DNA from: Okamejei kenojei
Lineage: Eukaryota
DNA: 64,000 nt
NCBI GenBank assembly: GCA_035221665.1
Contig: CM069134.1
Span: 86,924,001 to 86,988,000 of the forward strand
Reading direction: 5' to 3'
In this document: one piece after another, positions 11,124 through 23,290 of the stretch
How positions within the stretch are numbered: the first letter of the stretch is position 1
Layout: every line of letters starts with the position of its first letter
The notes under the pieces: model-generated
The model's database searches: none
Told to the model about the DNA's origin: nothing
The model's input: only the letters and a program-made list of their open reading frames with translations
Translations under genes and position numbers: made by a program

Positions 11124-11711
11124 AGGGCCTGTCCCACTTAGGTGATTTTTTAGGCGACTGCCGGCGTAGTCGTTGCAGGTGGCTGAAAAACCGGCGACTG
11201 GACCCCCATCTATGACAATGTCTACGACAAGCTACAACAACCTACCACCTAGTGAACGTCAAGTTATTGCTAACAAACGACAACTGGCGACCCATTAGCA
11301 GGTCCACCGGCGACAATCAACATCCACCTGCGACAAGCTAGGACCCTGTCGGCAACAACTGAAGACAATTCAGTTGCCGGTACCTGTCACCCGCTGACGT
11401 AGGTTGACGTAAGTAGTCGCCAATGGAATTCACAGGAGTCAGCACCGGCGAAAACCTACGTCACCTGGCGACAACCTACGACAGCACCCACGTCAGGAGA
11501 AGTCAAGCTACGCTCATTGGCATCAACCCACTGTTGGCGAGAATTTTGGAACATGTTGAAAATCCAGCGGCGACCAGAAAGATGCTGCGACTCTTGGGGC
11601 GACTGAGGAGACTACTCATGACCATACAGGCGACAGACACCCCAGCGACTATGTGGTGACAGCCTAGTCGCCTGTAGTCGCCTAAAAAAACACCTACGTG
11701 GGACAGGCCCT
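11124..11711. mobile_element. PIF/Harbinger-like non-autonomous DNA transposon (MITE)
   Basis: TIRs AGGGCCTGTCCCACTTAGGTGATTTTTTAGGCGACT and AGTCGCCTAAAAAAACACCTACGTGGGACAGGCCCT. Flanks are TTA and TTT (3-bp TWA-type TSD with one mismatch). No transposase. Confidence 0.8.
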
Positions 11712-11805
11712 TTTCTGTCTTTTTCCTCATAGAGGCTCTTTTCACATTGCAATGTGCAAGGACTCTATTTGATCTTCTGACTTCATGCCTGATGGCCAAG
11801 ATCAT

Positions 11806-12118
11806 TAGTTTTGTTTAGTTTAGAAGTACAGCGTGGAAACAGACCTTTCGGCTCACCGAGTCCGTGCCAACCAGCGATCGCCGTACCCGAGCATTATCTC
11901 ATTCACTAGAGACAATTTACGATCTGTAACTAATCCATTTAACCTACAAACCTGTACGCCATTAGAGTGTGGGAGTAAACCGGAGCAGCTGGGAAAAACC
12001 CATGTGGTCACGGGAAGGAACCCCAAACTCCATACAGACAGCACCCGCAGTCAGGATCAAACCCAGGTCTCTGGCGCTGTAAGGCAGCCACTCTACCACT
12101 GCACCACTGAGCCACCCC
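11806..12118 (-). mobile_element. HE1-type V-SINE, full length
   Basis: tRNA-like head, V-domain (TCCGGTTTACTCCCACACTC) and CR1-like tail with (TAAAC)n. Confidence 0.85.
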
Positions 12119-13244
12119 TGTGCCATTTTACAATCAGCAGAAAAATCATAATTCTTATCATGGGAATAAAGTCTGCTGAAGGATCTGTTGCCCGAGGAAG
12201 GGCCTTGACCCTCTTTGTGATAAACCTACAAATTTAAATCTATCCCCTCTCACCTTTAACCTGTCCAGTTTTAAACTGCCCTACTCTGGAAAGTGGATTC
12301 TGGAATCTGAAGAATGGTCCCAATCTGAAATGTCGTTGGCCCATTCCCTCCACAGATGCCATCTGACCCATTTAGTTCCTTCAGCACTTTGTGTTTTGCT
12401 CAGGTTTCCAGCATCTGCAGTTTATTGTGTCTCTGTCATCATTCACATCATTCTCATTACTCAGAAAAAACTGCCAAATATCTATTTTAAAAGCCCTTTT
12501 TTAATTTTACAATTCACTGGGCAACAATAATGTATTATGTGACACATAAAACAGTAATACAAAGACAAGATATTAACATGATGAAATTCCTGAAGTGTTT
12601 CCCAAGAAGACTGTCACATAAACTGTTGTTAGCATCAAGAAACTAAAAGGAAACAATAGGTTAGATAACCAAAATGTGAATATAGCATTAGGTTTTAAAG
12701 GGTATTTTAAAAGAGAAGACACTGGTAGAAAGGTTTTGAGAGGGAGCTGGGTGTCCAGGCATTTGAAGGCACATCTAGTGGTGATCCAGTGAAAGTCAAT
12801 GTTTCTCAAACAAGCCTAGCATTGGAAGAATGCAGAGATGGGGAAGGGTTGTCGAGCATTATTAGAGGAAAGGAATAGGGCATGAAGAGATTTAAACACG
12901 AAATGTCAACATCAAAGAATTGCTGGGTTGGAAGTCACTGAATGTCACCTTCACCTGGGATGAATGATCACAACTTTGTTGGAGTGAGAATACAGGGAGC
13001 TCAAGGCAGATTTTTTAAAGATGCGAATTTACCAGGAGGGTATTGAAATAGTTAAGTGTAGAAGTAACAAAGACATGGAAGGCAAATTTACAGTTGTGAT
13101 GTAAAATGTTCTCCTTATATCAAGAGAGAGAGTGACGCCAGTTATCGGAGCAACTGCCTCGGTCCCTATCATCTACTTTGTTTTCCTGTTATCTGTTCTC
13201 TCTCAATTCCATCAGTCCCCTTGATTCTTCTTCGACCCATTTAC

Positions 13245-13520
13245 ACCAGGGGTAGTTTACAGTGGCCAATGAGCCTACATGGCTAGAAAAGGTTTGGAGG
13301 GATATGCGCAAGGTGCAGGCAAGTGGGACCAGCTCAGCGAGGCAACTTGGTTGGGATGAATGAGTTTGGCAGAAAGACCTATATCTGTGCTCTATAGCTC
13401 TAAAACACTACCAACCAGTATATTTCTGGGATGTGGGAGGAAACAGGAGCACCCGGAGGAAACCAACATTATCACGGAATGCGTGTAGACTCCACACAGA
13501 CAACACCCAAGATTAGGAGT
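13245..13520 (-). mobile_element. Degenerate V-SINE with a nested CR1 tail (about 13280-13405, + strand)
   Basis: GGATGTGGGAGGAAACAGGAGCACCCGGAGGAAACC is the V-domain reverse complement. The internal AAAGGTTTGGAGGGATATG...CTGTGCTCTATA is a CR1 3' UTR. Confidence 0.6.
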
Positions 13521-14123
13521 GATGGGAACCTGAGTACATCATGTTGATGTCACAATTCGGAATGGATTTGTGAGGGAGCTGGATATCCAGGCATTTGAAG
13601 GCACATCTACCAGTGGTGAAAGTCAATGATTCTCAAACAAGCAAGATATCACACACTGAAATACCATAGTCATCGTCTTAGAGTCATAGTCATACAGCAC
13701 AAGAACAGGCCCTTTGGCCCAGCTTGCTTATAGTGACCTTGGTGCCCCATCTATACTAGTCCCTTCTTCCCACGTTGGGTCCATATCCCGCGTTTGGCCC
13801 ATATCCCTCTAAACCTTTCTTGTTGTGCTTTGACATAGCTCCTGTTTTCCTAACATGTGATTAATGGCTGATTAAAAAGTCATTAAAGAAACAAATTTTG
13901 TCAGCCAGGAGAGAGTTAATTGAAAGATGACAGTACTTCAAGTATTAATTGCCCAAACCAAATCCAGTTGAAAAGAAATTAGTTAACGCATTACAGTAAA
14001 AGAAAATAAAAATCATTCTTGATTTTATAATACTTTTTTGGGTAATTAATGGCATCTCCTTCTTTTAACCATGTATTTTGGTTAGACAAATATGTCTGAA
14101 TCAAAGAATCAAAGTCAATTCAA

Positions 14124-14643
14124 TACGGCCATCGTAGAGTCTGTCCTCACCTTCTCCATCATGGTCTGTTTGACTCAGCCACCAAGCACGACATCCGGAG
14201 GCTGCAGCGAATCGTCCGATCAGCTAAGATAGTTATTGGCTGCAACCTTCCCTCCATTGGTGAACTGTACACGGCAAGGGCCAGGAAGTGAGTGGGTAAG
14301 ATCATCTCTGACCCCCATCCCTGGCCACAAACTCTTTAAATCACTTCCCTCTGGAAGGCGACTCCAGACTGTCAAAGCTGCCACAGCCAGACTTAACAAC
14401 AGCTTTTTTCCACGAGCAGTAGCTCTACTCAATAACCAAAAATCTGTAGCCTCTTTTTGCTCTGGTATTTTATTTAATTCACATGTTTAATTAATAATGG
14501 TTTATTATTAATATTTAATGTTTTATGTGTCATTCCTACCTGTCACTGTATGTCATGTTATCACTTGTGGGCGGAGCACCAAGGCAAATTCCTTGTATGT
14601 GAATACTTAGCCAATAAACATATTCATTCATTCATTCATTCAT
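14124..14643 (+). mobile_element. Rex1/Babar-clade LINE 3' fragment
   Basis: Translates as AIVESVLTFSIMV...RRLQRIVRSA...HPGHKLFKSLPSGRRL...NSFFPRAVALLN, then a 3' UTR, AATAAA and an (ATTC)n tail. Confidence 0.85.
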
Positions 14644-15747
14644 GGTACCAGCAGTTACTTTACTGAAAATTTAGACAATTAATTGTATTTAAGATAATTT
14701 AATACATTTTACAGCACATTTCCAGTTTCCAAAGTGTGTTTTGCATGTACTTTGCAGGCAGTCTTTTCTGGCAGAGTTGTAAGTGATGGCAATGTAGCAA
14801 ATAGATTTGTAAAATATGTAACATAACTTTTCATGGTCTAATGCAAGCATTAGAACCATGTTATCCCATTATCATGGAGTTCTACCATGTTAAATCTGGT
14901 GTTTCTTTGCGAGACAATCATTTTACAACATCCCTGGTGTTAGGATAGGTATCTGTGTTGTGATTGCTAAATATGCTGCAGCCTACCTCTTAAACATTGT
15001 TTTGTTTTATCAGAGATGCAAAGAGATAGTGCATTCTTTTTTTTGATATCAGTTAAAAGGTTCTTCAATGCTTTTTGTAAATAAATTTGCATCAAATCCA
15101 CTTCCTGCTGTGATATTTCTGCATTTCCTTCTACATTCTGTTTAAAACATTGCAATTTATTTGTGCCGCCTGTGCAAAGATAGTGGGCATTTCCCCCAGC
15201 AGGCACTGTTAAAGCCATTGACTCTATTTTCATCCTCTGTGACATGGGTGGAATTAGCAATACTAAATGTGAAGCACTGTTGTAGCCTGTAATTGAGATG
15301 ATACAGGTTTTTAATTCATCCTCTCTGCAAATGCAAGCTGTTGGACCACTACTATCTGTTGCTTAATTTTTATTTTCTAATCTGTTTGAAGTACTTCTGG
15401 TGGCAATGTAGGAAATCGAGTGGCATTGTGTATGTTTCCACTGATGGGGTGGATGTAGGAGGTAATATCCCTATTCTTAAGGTTACACTTTATTAACCTG
15501 TTCAATAATAGAATCTTCATTAGCCCTACAATCATCGTAAATCTCTGAACTGCCAAGCCTCGCACCTTGCATGTTGCAAATTTTAATCGTTCCACTGTGT
15601 TGGTCGTACCTTCAGCAGCTTGGGCTGTAGGATCTGAAAACACATTCTCGAACATCTCTGCTTCTCTACCTCTCTTTTGTCCATGCACAAAGCTCCTTCA
15701 AACATTCCTTAATACTCAGCTTTTGATCACCAGCCCAATATTTCCTT

Positions 15748-15948
15748 GTGCAGGAAGAAACTGCAGATGCTGGTTTACACGGAAGATAGACACAAAATGC
15801 TGGAGTAATTCAGCAGGTCAGGCAACATCTCTGGAGAAAATGAATAGGTGATGTTTCAGGTCAGGTCTGATGAAGGGTCTCCACTCGAAACATCACCTAT
15901 TCCTTTTTGCCTGACCTGTTGAGGTAATCCAGCATTTTGTGCCTATCT
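15748..15948. mobile_element. Penelope-derived fold-back element with 13-bp TSD
   Basis: TSD CCAATATTTCCTT at 15735-15747 and 15949-15961. Core GGT-CTGATGA-AGGGTCTCCACTC-GAAA-CATC-ACC. Confidence 0.8.
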
Positions 15949-16039
15949 CCAATATTTCCTTATATGGCTTTGTGCTAAATGTTGGTTGGTAATTACTGGT
16001 GAATACTTTGGTGATGGCATTGGATGGGAGAAAATGGTT

Positions 16040-16340
16040 TGTCACAGTCTAAGGATAAGGAGGAATTCCTTTAGGACCGAGATGAGGAAAACATTCTTTA
16101 CACAGAGAGTGGTGAGTCTCTGGAATTCTCTGCCACAGAAGGTCGTTGTGGCCAGTTCATTGGCTATATTCAAGAGGGAGTTGGATGTGGCTCTTGTGGC
16201 TAAAGGGATCAGAGGGTATGGAGAGAAGGCAGGTACGGGATACTGAGTTGGATGATCAGCCATGGTCATATTGAATGGCGGTGCAGACTTGAAGGGCCGA
16301 ATGGCCTACTCCTGCACCTATTTTTCTATATTTCTATGTT
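16040..16340 (+). mobile_element. CR1 3' fragment
   Basis: HSLRIRRNSFRTEMRKTFFTQRVVSLWNSLP...GTGY* followed by the 3' UTR. Confidence 0.9.
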
Positions 16341-18084
16341 CTTTTTCTAATTTTAAATAAGTATAAATATGTATAATTATCTAAATAAGTATGAATATGG
16401 CATGTGTAGTCAGGGATAAAAGTAATAAATTCCTTCTGATTCAATTTCAACACATTTATAACCCTGGCTTCCTTTCAAATATTGGTGTAGTCAATATTTA
16501 CTTCGACTTCCAATCTTTGCTCTGACATAGTTATCCTTCTCATTGATATCTTGCATTCATCAAGAGAAGATAAAGAGAGAAGCAAAAACAACTGAATCCT
16601 GATAGATATTTGCTGGCACCCATGTGTAGGTTAGGAAGTATATCTGCAGAGGATTGAACATTGATAGTCTTGGGATAGTTGGTGTTGTTTATGTTGTGCA
16701 TTTCAGCATTTTACTTCGGAGTCACGTGAGTGACTATGTGAAGAAGCCCCGGCAGGCGCATGCGCGTCATTACGTCGACGCATGTCGCACCGACAGGCTG
16801 GAGAGCACTGCTCCACCAGCAGGTAAGTAGTAACTTGCAGGTAAGTCAATATTAAGCCCTTCCTGCGAGTGTTTTTTAAAGTCTGTAAGTCTGGCTCGCA
16901 GAGCCAGCTAGAGTTGCTAATATATATTGTTAAACTGCGGTAATGGAGTGGAACACGCGAGGACCGCGGTTACCGCTTATAGATCGGGTCGAGAGATAAC
17001 GGCTGCTCTAAAGCCGGCTCCCGCGATTTACCCTATTTAGATCGGGTTTGGAGATAACGGCTGAGCTAATGCCGGCTCCAATACCCGCTACTGTTTTATT
17101 GGCAGCTGAAATGAAATGAAATAGAATAAAAATGAAATGAAATAAAATGAAATGCTAACTTTATTTCTCAACTGCCTCCATCAATTTCCAGTGCCTCAAG
17201 GCACTCAGAAATACCAAACTAAAGTACTTTCAGGCTCATTTGTCTCATGAGTCTGATGATATGGCAGACGCCTTCCTTTTAATTTAAAGCTATGGGGATG
17301 GCACAACCAAATGGGGAAAATGCTCCAAATTTAAAGAGCCATGGAAAATTTAAATTGGGGTCGAATGCCCTAGGATTCCCACACAGCCTCTCACTGCTTA
17401 TGTGCACACACCAGCGCACATGAGCCATGCTCCAGGTGTCCCGGACGTAGCGTTAAACTTCGCTAAACCCGGAAGGGACTGGTGAGGCTATCGAGAAAAC
17501 TCTAGCCGCTAATGTAAATTACATGGGTTCTCACCAGATCCAGAATACGTTCATGGAAGACTGCCACACATTATAAAACACCTGTAAAGTGTGCTTCACT
17601 CAAAATGCCCACCGTGAACTCGGAAAGGGCACAAATGAGTGCAACGATGCGGGGACAAGAAGTGAAATTTCAACGCATCCTCAAGTTGTTGGCAGCAGGC
17701 ATTCGGAGAAGGTCCAGGGGCACCGATGTCTGGTACTCAACAAGATATGCTGGCCCTGTTCTGCAACGCCTACGTTGAACCCGAAGTTTGCAGCTCTATG
17801 TAGGTCCACCAATATCCAAGCCCAGATTATTTATTTGGGGTTGACCTCCTCAAACAAGCCAAGGATCTGGAGGAACATGTCAAAACAATCCGTCTCATGA
17901 AGACACACGTCCCTTCTGCCAGGATGCCACCTCGCAGGTCGTTTTCAGCGCAAAAGGTGACGGATCCAGGGGCTGGGCCAAGCAGAGTGGGGCCACATGG
18001 TATTACTCACCTGTGTATCCCAGCTACAACCCCAATATGGGAAGGAGTAGGCAAGGCCGACTGTAGAGGTACAGGTGATTTCTG

Positions 18085-19060
18085 ATGAATGGTGCTGTAT
18101 AACATCTCATCGGTTTATACTACACGCTGTCTCAAGCTCGAATACAGTTTATGTCAGGAATTGATTTGCCTGTACAGAATATGCCTAATAGAGTATTGGG
18201 ATTTCTGCACAAACTCAGCAGGTAAAAGAAGAAATTACGGGTTTGTCCCAAAAAAGGGGTAATTGAGAGGACGATAAACCATCCTCAACAATTTGTGTCC
18301 AATATATTCCCCAGACAGAGAAAAGATGGGGGATGTAGAGGCATTCTGGACCTAAACTAGTTAAATTCCTATGTTCACTATAGGCATTTTTAAAATGGAC
18401 ACCTTCAATACTGCGAAACGGCTGTTATCACAAGGCTGTTATATGGCAACTATAGGCCTCAAAGATGCATATTATTCAGTACCAATTCATCATCAGTATC
18501 GGAGATACTTGAAATTTAGTTGGATGGGACAGCTGTGGCAATTTAAAGCATTACCCAATGAGTTAACCTCAGTTCTTAGGCTATTCAAAAAATTGTGGAA
18601 ACCAGTGCTGGCACTACTTTGGGCCCAGAATCACATGGTAATGGCTTATCTAGATGATATTTTAATCATAAGCAACACTCGGCAGACAGCTGAGGAATCG
18701 GTTTCAGCAACCAAATACCTGTTTGAAATGTCAGGGTTCCTGGTCCATCCAGCCAAATCCAAGTTAGAGCCATCCTAAAAAAATGTTCATTTGGGATTGG
18801 TCATTGATTCAGTTGATATGTCAGTGACTTTGCCTACAGACAAGGCTGTGGAGATCAGAGAGCTCTGTATCTGTCTCGCTGAAAAACAATATCCCTCCAT
18901 CCGGGAAGTAGCTACTGTTATTGGTAAATTGGTGGCAGCTTTCCCTGCAGTGCAGTTTGTACCACTGCACTATCGAAGTCTGCAACGAAGTAGAGAACTA
19001 GCACTTAAAGAACATGCAGGTAATTTTGATAGACCTATGCAGTTACCAACCAGAGCCAAA
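18085..19060 (+). pseudogene. DIRS reverse transcriptase domain (frameshifts and stops)
   Basis: FKMDT...ATIGLKDAYYSVPI...WQFKALPNEL...AYLDDILII...KSKLEP; LG.VIDSV.MSVTLP.DK. Confidence 0.9.
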
Positions 19061-19099
19061 GCTCAATTACAAACTACCAAAAACATTTTGGTTCAGCAA

Positions 19100-19480
19100 C
19101 CTTCAGTGCTTTTACATACATATGTGAGTGCTGCCGGATGGGGAGCTACGGACAGCGAGTCTAGCTGTGGTGATAGTGGATTTAATCCTGGACAGGCATG
19201 GTATAAATTACTTAGAATTGCTGGGTGCATTCTATGGATTAAAAGTTTATTGTTTAGCAATGAATAATTTACATGTTCAACTCCAGATTGATAATACCAC
19301 GGCTGTGCTATATATCAATCCCATGGCAGTAATAAGGTCAGTATCATGTGATAATCTGGCTAACCTCATGTGGCACTGGTGTATTTCCAGAAACATCTGG
19401 GTCTCAGCTATCTACCTACCAGGTAGAGACAATGTGGTGGCAGACAACAGACGCGGAAGTTCAATGACAACATGGAATGG
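19100..19480 (+). pseudogene. DIRS RNase H domain (decayed)
   Basis: HTYVSAAGWGA (TDAS..GWGA), GINYLELLGA, QIDNTTAV, YLPGRDNVVAD. Confidence 0.85.
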
Positions 19481-19519
19481 ATGATTAAATCCTGAAGTTT
19501 TAAAATGATTGTCAGCCAC

Positions 19520-19890
19520 TATGGGCTGCCAGATATTGATCTGTTCGCATCCAGACTAAATGACCAGTTGCCTAAATATGTTTCATGGGAACCGGGTCCA
19601 GGAGCAGTAGCGGTGGATGCATTCTCACTACATTGGGGACGTACTTTCTTTTATGCTTTCCCCATTCTGCCTGATTAGGCAGTGCCTCACCAAAATAGGG
19701 CAGGACTCCGCCTCAGGCATTTTGGTGGTTCCGGACTGGACTACACAGCCATGGTTCCCATTGGTGCTCAGAATGATGACTCAGCCATTCATGACTGTCC
19801 CCAACTGCAGTAATTTGTTGGTGCATCCAGTAACAGAATAAAGACATCCGTTACATGATTGTGTTAATTTGTTGATCTGCAGGTTCTGAC
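19520..19890 (+). pseudogene. DIRS N6-adenine methyltransferase-like (MT) domain (decayed)
   Basis: DIDLFASRLNDQLPKYVSWEPGPGAVAVDAFSLHWG..FYAFP(P)F...KIGQDSASGILVVPDWTTQPWFP, with a frameshift in the FPPF motif. Confidence 0.8.
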
Positions 19891-20772
19891 CAGACCATTC
19901 CAAGGCTTTGGACTGTCGAATAGGACCATGAATGTCAGAACTGCAGCTTGGAGAGATAGCACTAAGAAACTATATGTGTCTCATATTAAGAAATAGGAGA
20001 TGTTTTGTTTACAGTCAGATATATTTTATCATACTGCAAGCATACCGGATGTATTGGAGTTCCTTGCCATGTTGCATTTTTGATGAACACTTAAGTTATA
20101 GTGCCATTAATAGTGCTCAGAGTGTTTTGTCGTCCTATTTAGGGCAGTTTCAGAACAACAACCTATCGGGTCTCATCCATTAGTGTCCCGATTCATGAGA
20201 GGAATTTTGTAACAAAAATCCTCCTAAGCCTAGATATACAGAAATCTGGGATGTCAGTATAGTTCTCACACTGCTTCGGCAATGGCCTCCAATTATGTCA
20301 TTGTCTTTTCAGAAGTTAACACTTAAAGTCGTTAAGCTCATGGCGTTAGTATCAGCGCAAAGAGTGCAAACATTGCAAAGTTACGACTAGATAGCATGTA
20401 TTCTTCTGCAGATAAAATTACGTTATATGTGTATAATTTAATCTAACAAAGCAGGCCAGGAATGGCCGGAACCAAAGTAAGTTTAAAGCATACCCTGTTG
20501 ACCAAAGGTTATGTGTAGTTAAGCACCTGAGTCAATATATCGAGGTAACTTAGAGTCTTAGAGGCTCTGAGACAGCAATGCTCATCAGTCACAAAAAACC
20601 TCATAAGAGGTGTCAGTATAAACTATTTCTAGATGGTGAAACAGGTTTTGGATTCCGCTGGAGTAGACACTCGTGTGTTTAAATCTCACTCCACCAGGGC
20701 GACATAAACATCCGCATCAAGGCCGCAGGATGGTCTAAGGAATCAACTTTTCTAAAATTATGATAAACCTGA
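19890..20772 (+). pseudogene. DIRS tyrosine recombinase (decayed)
   Basis: SYSAINSAQS, PKPRYTEIWDVSIVL, LMALVSAQRVQTL (catalytic R), LCVVKHL, FKSHSTRA (HxxR), AAGWSKESTF.K.YDKP. Confidence 0.85.
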
Positions 20773-21399
20773 CCTGACAGTGCCAGGGTGCCAGGGTTTG
20801 GGCATGCTGTTTTGGGTTCCGGTTGATTTGATTTGCTTTGAAATTTATAATTTCATTTGTAATTTCCCCTGGGATAGAGGGGTTATTACTGTATTGTTAT
20901 TTAAAAAATGATTATTGGATAATTCGAAGCAATGTTCAATATATTATTTATTCACTACTGTGTCAACTGAAGCAGTGTGTCGTATGGAGTGCATCTATGG
21001 AATGAAATCACAGAGTTTTGAAATCTTCACGTAGTCACTCACGTGACTCCGAAGTAAAATAGTAAGATTAAACGAGAACATACCAGTTCGAAGTTTGATC
21101 CTTATTTTATGAGGAGTTACGATGAGGGATTACGTACCCTCTGCTCCCAGCCCTCATCGAAAGGATCATCTGGTAGTTCGAGTCTTCAACAGCCTTACTA
21201 TGTTACTTCGGCTATCGGTTTCTGTGTTTTCACGCCACTGCTTTGAAGTATGACGCGCATGCGCCTGGCGAGGCTTCTTCACGTAATTCCTCATCGTAAC
21301 TCCTCATAAAATAAGGTTCAAACTTCGAACTGGTAAGTTCTCATTTAATCTTACTATTTTATTTTACATCTGACTCAGGCTTTGTGATCCACCATATTG

Positions 21400-21750
21400 A
21401 AGCATAGATAGGGTAAACAGAAGCTTTTTCCCCAGATGGAACAATCAAATAGATACTCGATACTAAATGCTAGAGGGCAAAACGATAAGGTGGGAAGAGC
21501 AAAGTTTAAAGGAGACATGTGGGGCTAGTGTTTTTACACAGAGGATGGTGAGTGCCTGGAACATGCTGCCGGGAGTGGTGGTTGAGACAGATATGATAGT
21601 GCATTTAAGAAACTTTTAGATAGGCATATGGAATGTAGGTTATGGATTATGTTCAGGTAGACAAGAGTTGGTCTTGCATCATGTTCGGCACAGACATTGC
21701 TTGAGAAGGGCTAGTTCTTATGCTATACTGTTCTATGTTCTATGTTCTAT
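21400..21750 (+). mobile_element. CR1 3' fragment
   Basis: GCATAGATAGGGTA...TTTTTACACAGAGGATGGTGAGTGCCTGGAAC... with a (TTCTATG)n tail. Confidence 0.8.
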
Positions 21751-22829
21751 ATTTAAACTATTGCTACCCAATCTACAAACAGGGAAAGATTAGTGAAGGA
21801 CAGAACAAACATACCTTGGCTTGAGTCTCAATTTGCTTGGTGCCAATTAATTGCAGACAGACACTGTAGGTTGATGGGCAAATATGTCAGATAAAGAACA
21901 TAGAAAGTTATAGCAAAGAAAAGGCCAATCAGACCAGTAGTCTATGCTCATAAAGAACTAATTAGCTTAGTCCTACCTACCATGGCCTTGTGGGTTATGA
22001 AACACATAGAGATCATCTGGAAAATGTTATACGTGGCAAAGGTTTTGAAGTCCATCATTCTTTCAGGCATTGAGTTCCACTCCCCATCACCATGTGGGTG
22101 AAGAAAATCTCTCAGGCCCCCTCCAAAATCTCTATCAATCACTTTGTTTTACCTCTCTGCAGGGGAAATGGGCCCTTTATATGATTATTTGTGCGAAAAA
22201 AGAAATAAATGGTCAGAACTTGGCAGAAAGAGAAATATCAGCTGGTCGGATGAAATCCCTTCCCCTTGCTCATTGGTTAGATGTTTTGAGTCAACTTGTT
22301 GTTATGGCATTGCATAGATAGGAATGTTTTCTATCTAATTTAGGGAACTTTTCATTGGCATTCCATTAATCAATATACATTGATTTGTGTACCTCAATTT
22401 GCATTTATATGGACCTTTATTACAATTAATCATCCTCACAAATTATGTGAAATCAAGATTCAACCTTGGGTAGGGGGATTTTAGGCAGAAGACCAAAATG
22501 TAGTTGGTTTTATCAGAGCCTTTTCATTGGATAAGTTCAAGCATACAATGTCAATTCTAAACATTTCAAGTTTAAGAAGAAGAGAGCTAAAGTCCTAAGT
22601 CAGTAGGGAGATGGAGATATCTGGTATCCAGGTAAAACAACGATCCAGGAAGAGGTGGTCCAATTAAAAGTGCTGGTGGAAGCGAAACAGGGAGGATGAG
22701 AAGCATGGGGGATGGATGACATATATCGAGGAAACTGTGTGAAAAATATTATCAAAGAGTTTATCAAGGACTGTGTCATACGAATTTTCCAAAGAAACTA
22801 CTGGATTAGATTCACAAGGGTGTGTAGAG

Positions 22830-23290
22830 GTTTATGGGGATGTTGCCAGGAATTAAGGGGCTGAGCTATAGGGAGAGGTTGGGCAGGTTAGGACTATATT
22901 TCTTGGCTTGTAGGGGATGAAAGGTGATCATATAGAGGTGCATAAAATCATGAGGGGAATAGATAATGTGAATGCACATACACAGAGAAGAGACATCGAG
23001 AATCAGAGGGCATAGGTTTAAGGGGAAAGAATTAATAGAAACCTGAGGGGCAACTTTTTCATGCAGAGGGTAGTGGTATATGGAACAAGCTGCCAAAGGA
23101 GGCAGTTGAGGCAGGAACTATAACAACATTTAAAATACATTTGGAAAGGTATATTGGATAGGAAAGGTTTAGATGGATATGGGCCAAATGTAGGTAGGTG
23201 AGAATAATTTAGATGAGACATCTTGGTCAGCATGGGCATGTGGGGCTTAAGGGTCTTTTTCCATTCTGTATTGATTCTGTGATTCTATGA
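22830..23290 (+). mobile_element. CR1 3' fragment
   Basis: GGATGTTGCCAGGA...TATAGGGAGAGGTTGGGCAGGTTAGGACT...AAAGGTTTAGATGGATATGGGCCAAATG and a (GATTCTAT)n tail. Confidence 0.8.

Larger units (their letters stand above)
16708..21360 (+). mobile_element. Full-length DIRS1-type tyrosine-recombinase retrotransposon (decayed)
   Basis: Left ITR segment 16735-16770 is inverted to 21250-21285 (3 mismatches). The ICR 21024-21135 is complementary to the left terminus (16708-16744, 1 mismatch) and to the right terminus (21281-21360, 4 mismatches). ATTTT occurs at both ends. Internal RT, RH, MT and YR remnants are present. Confidence 0.95.

Noticed and set aside
11423-11805. ORFs inside the Harbinger-like MITE
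   Set aside because: They have no transposase or Myb motifs and are chance frames in GC-rich repetitive sequence.
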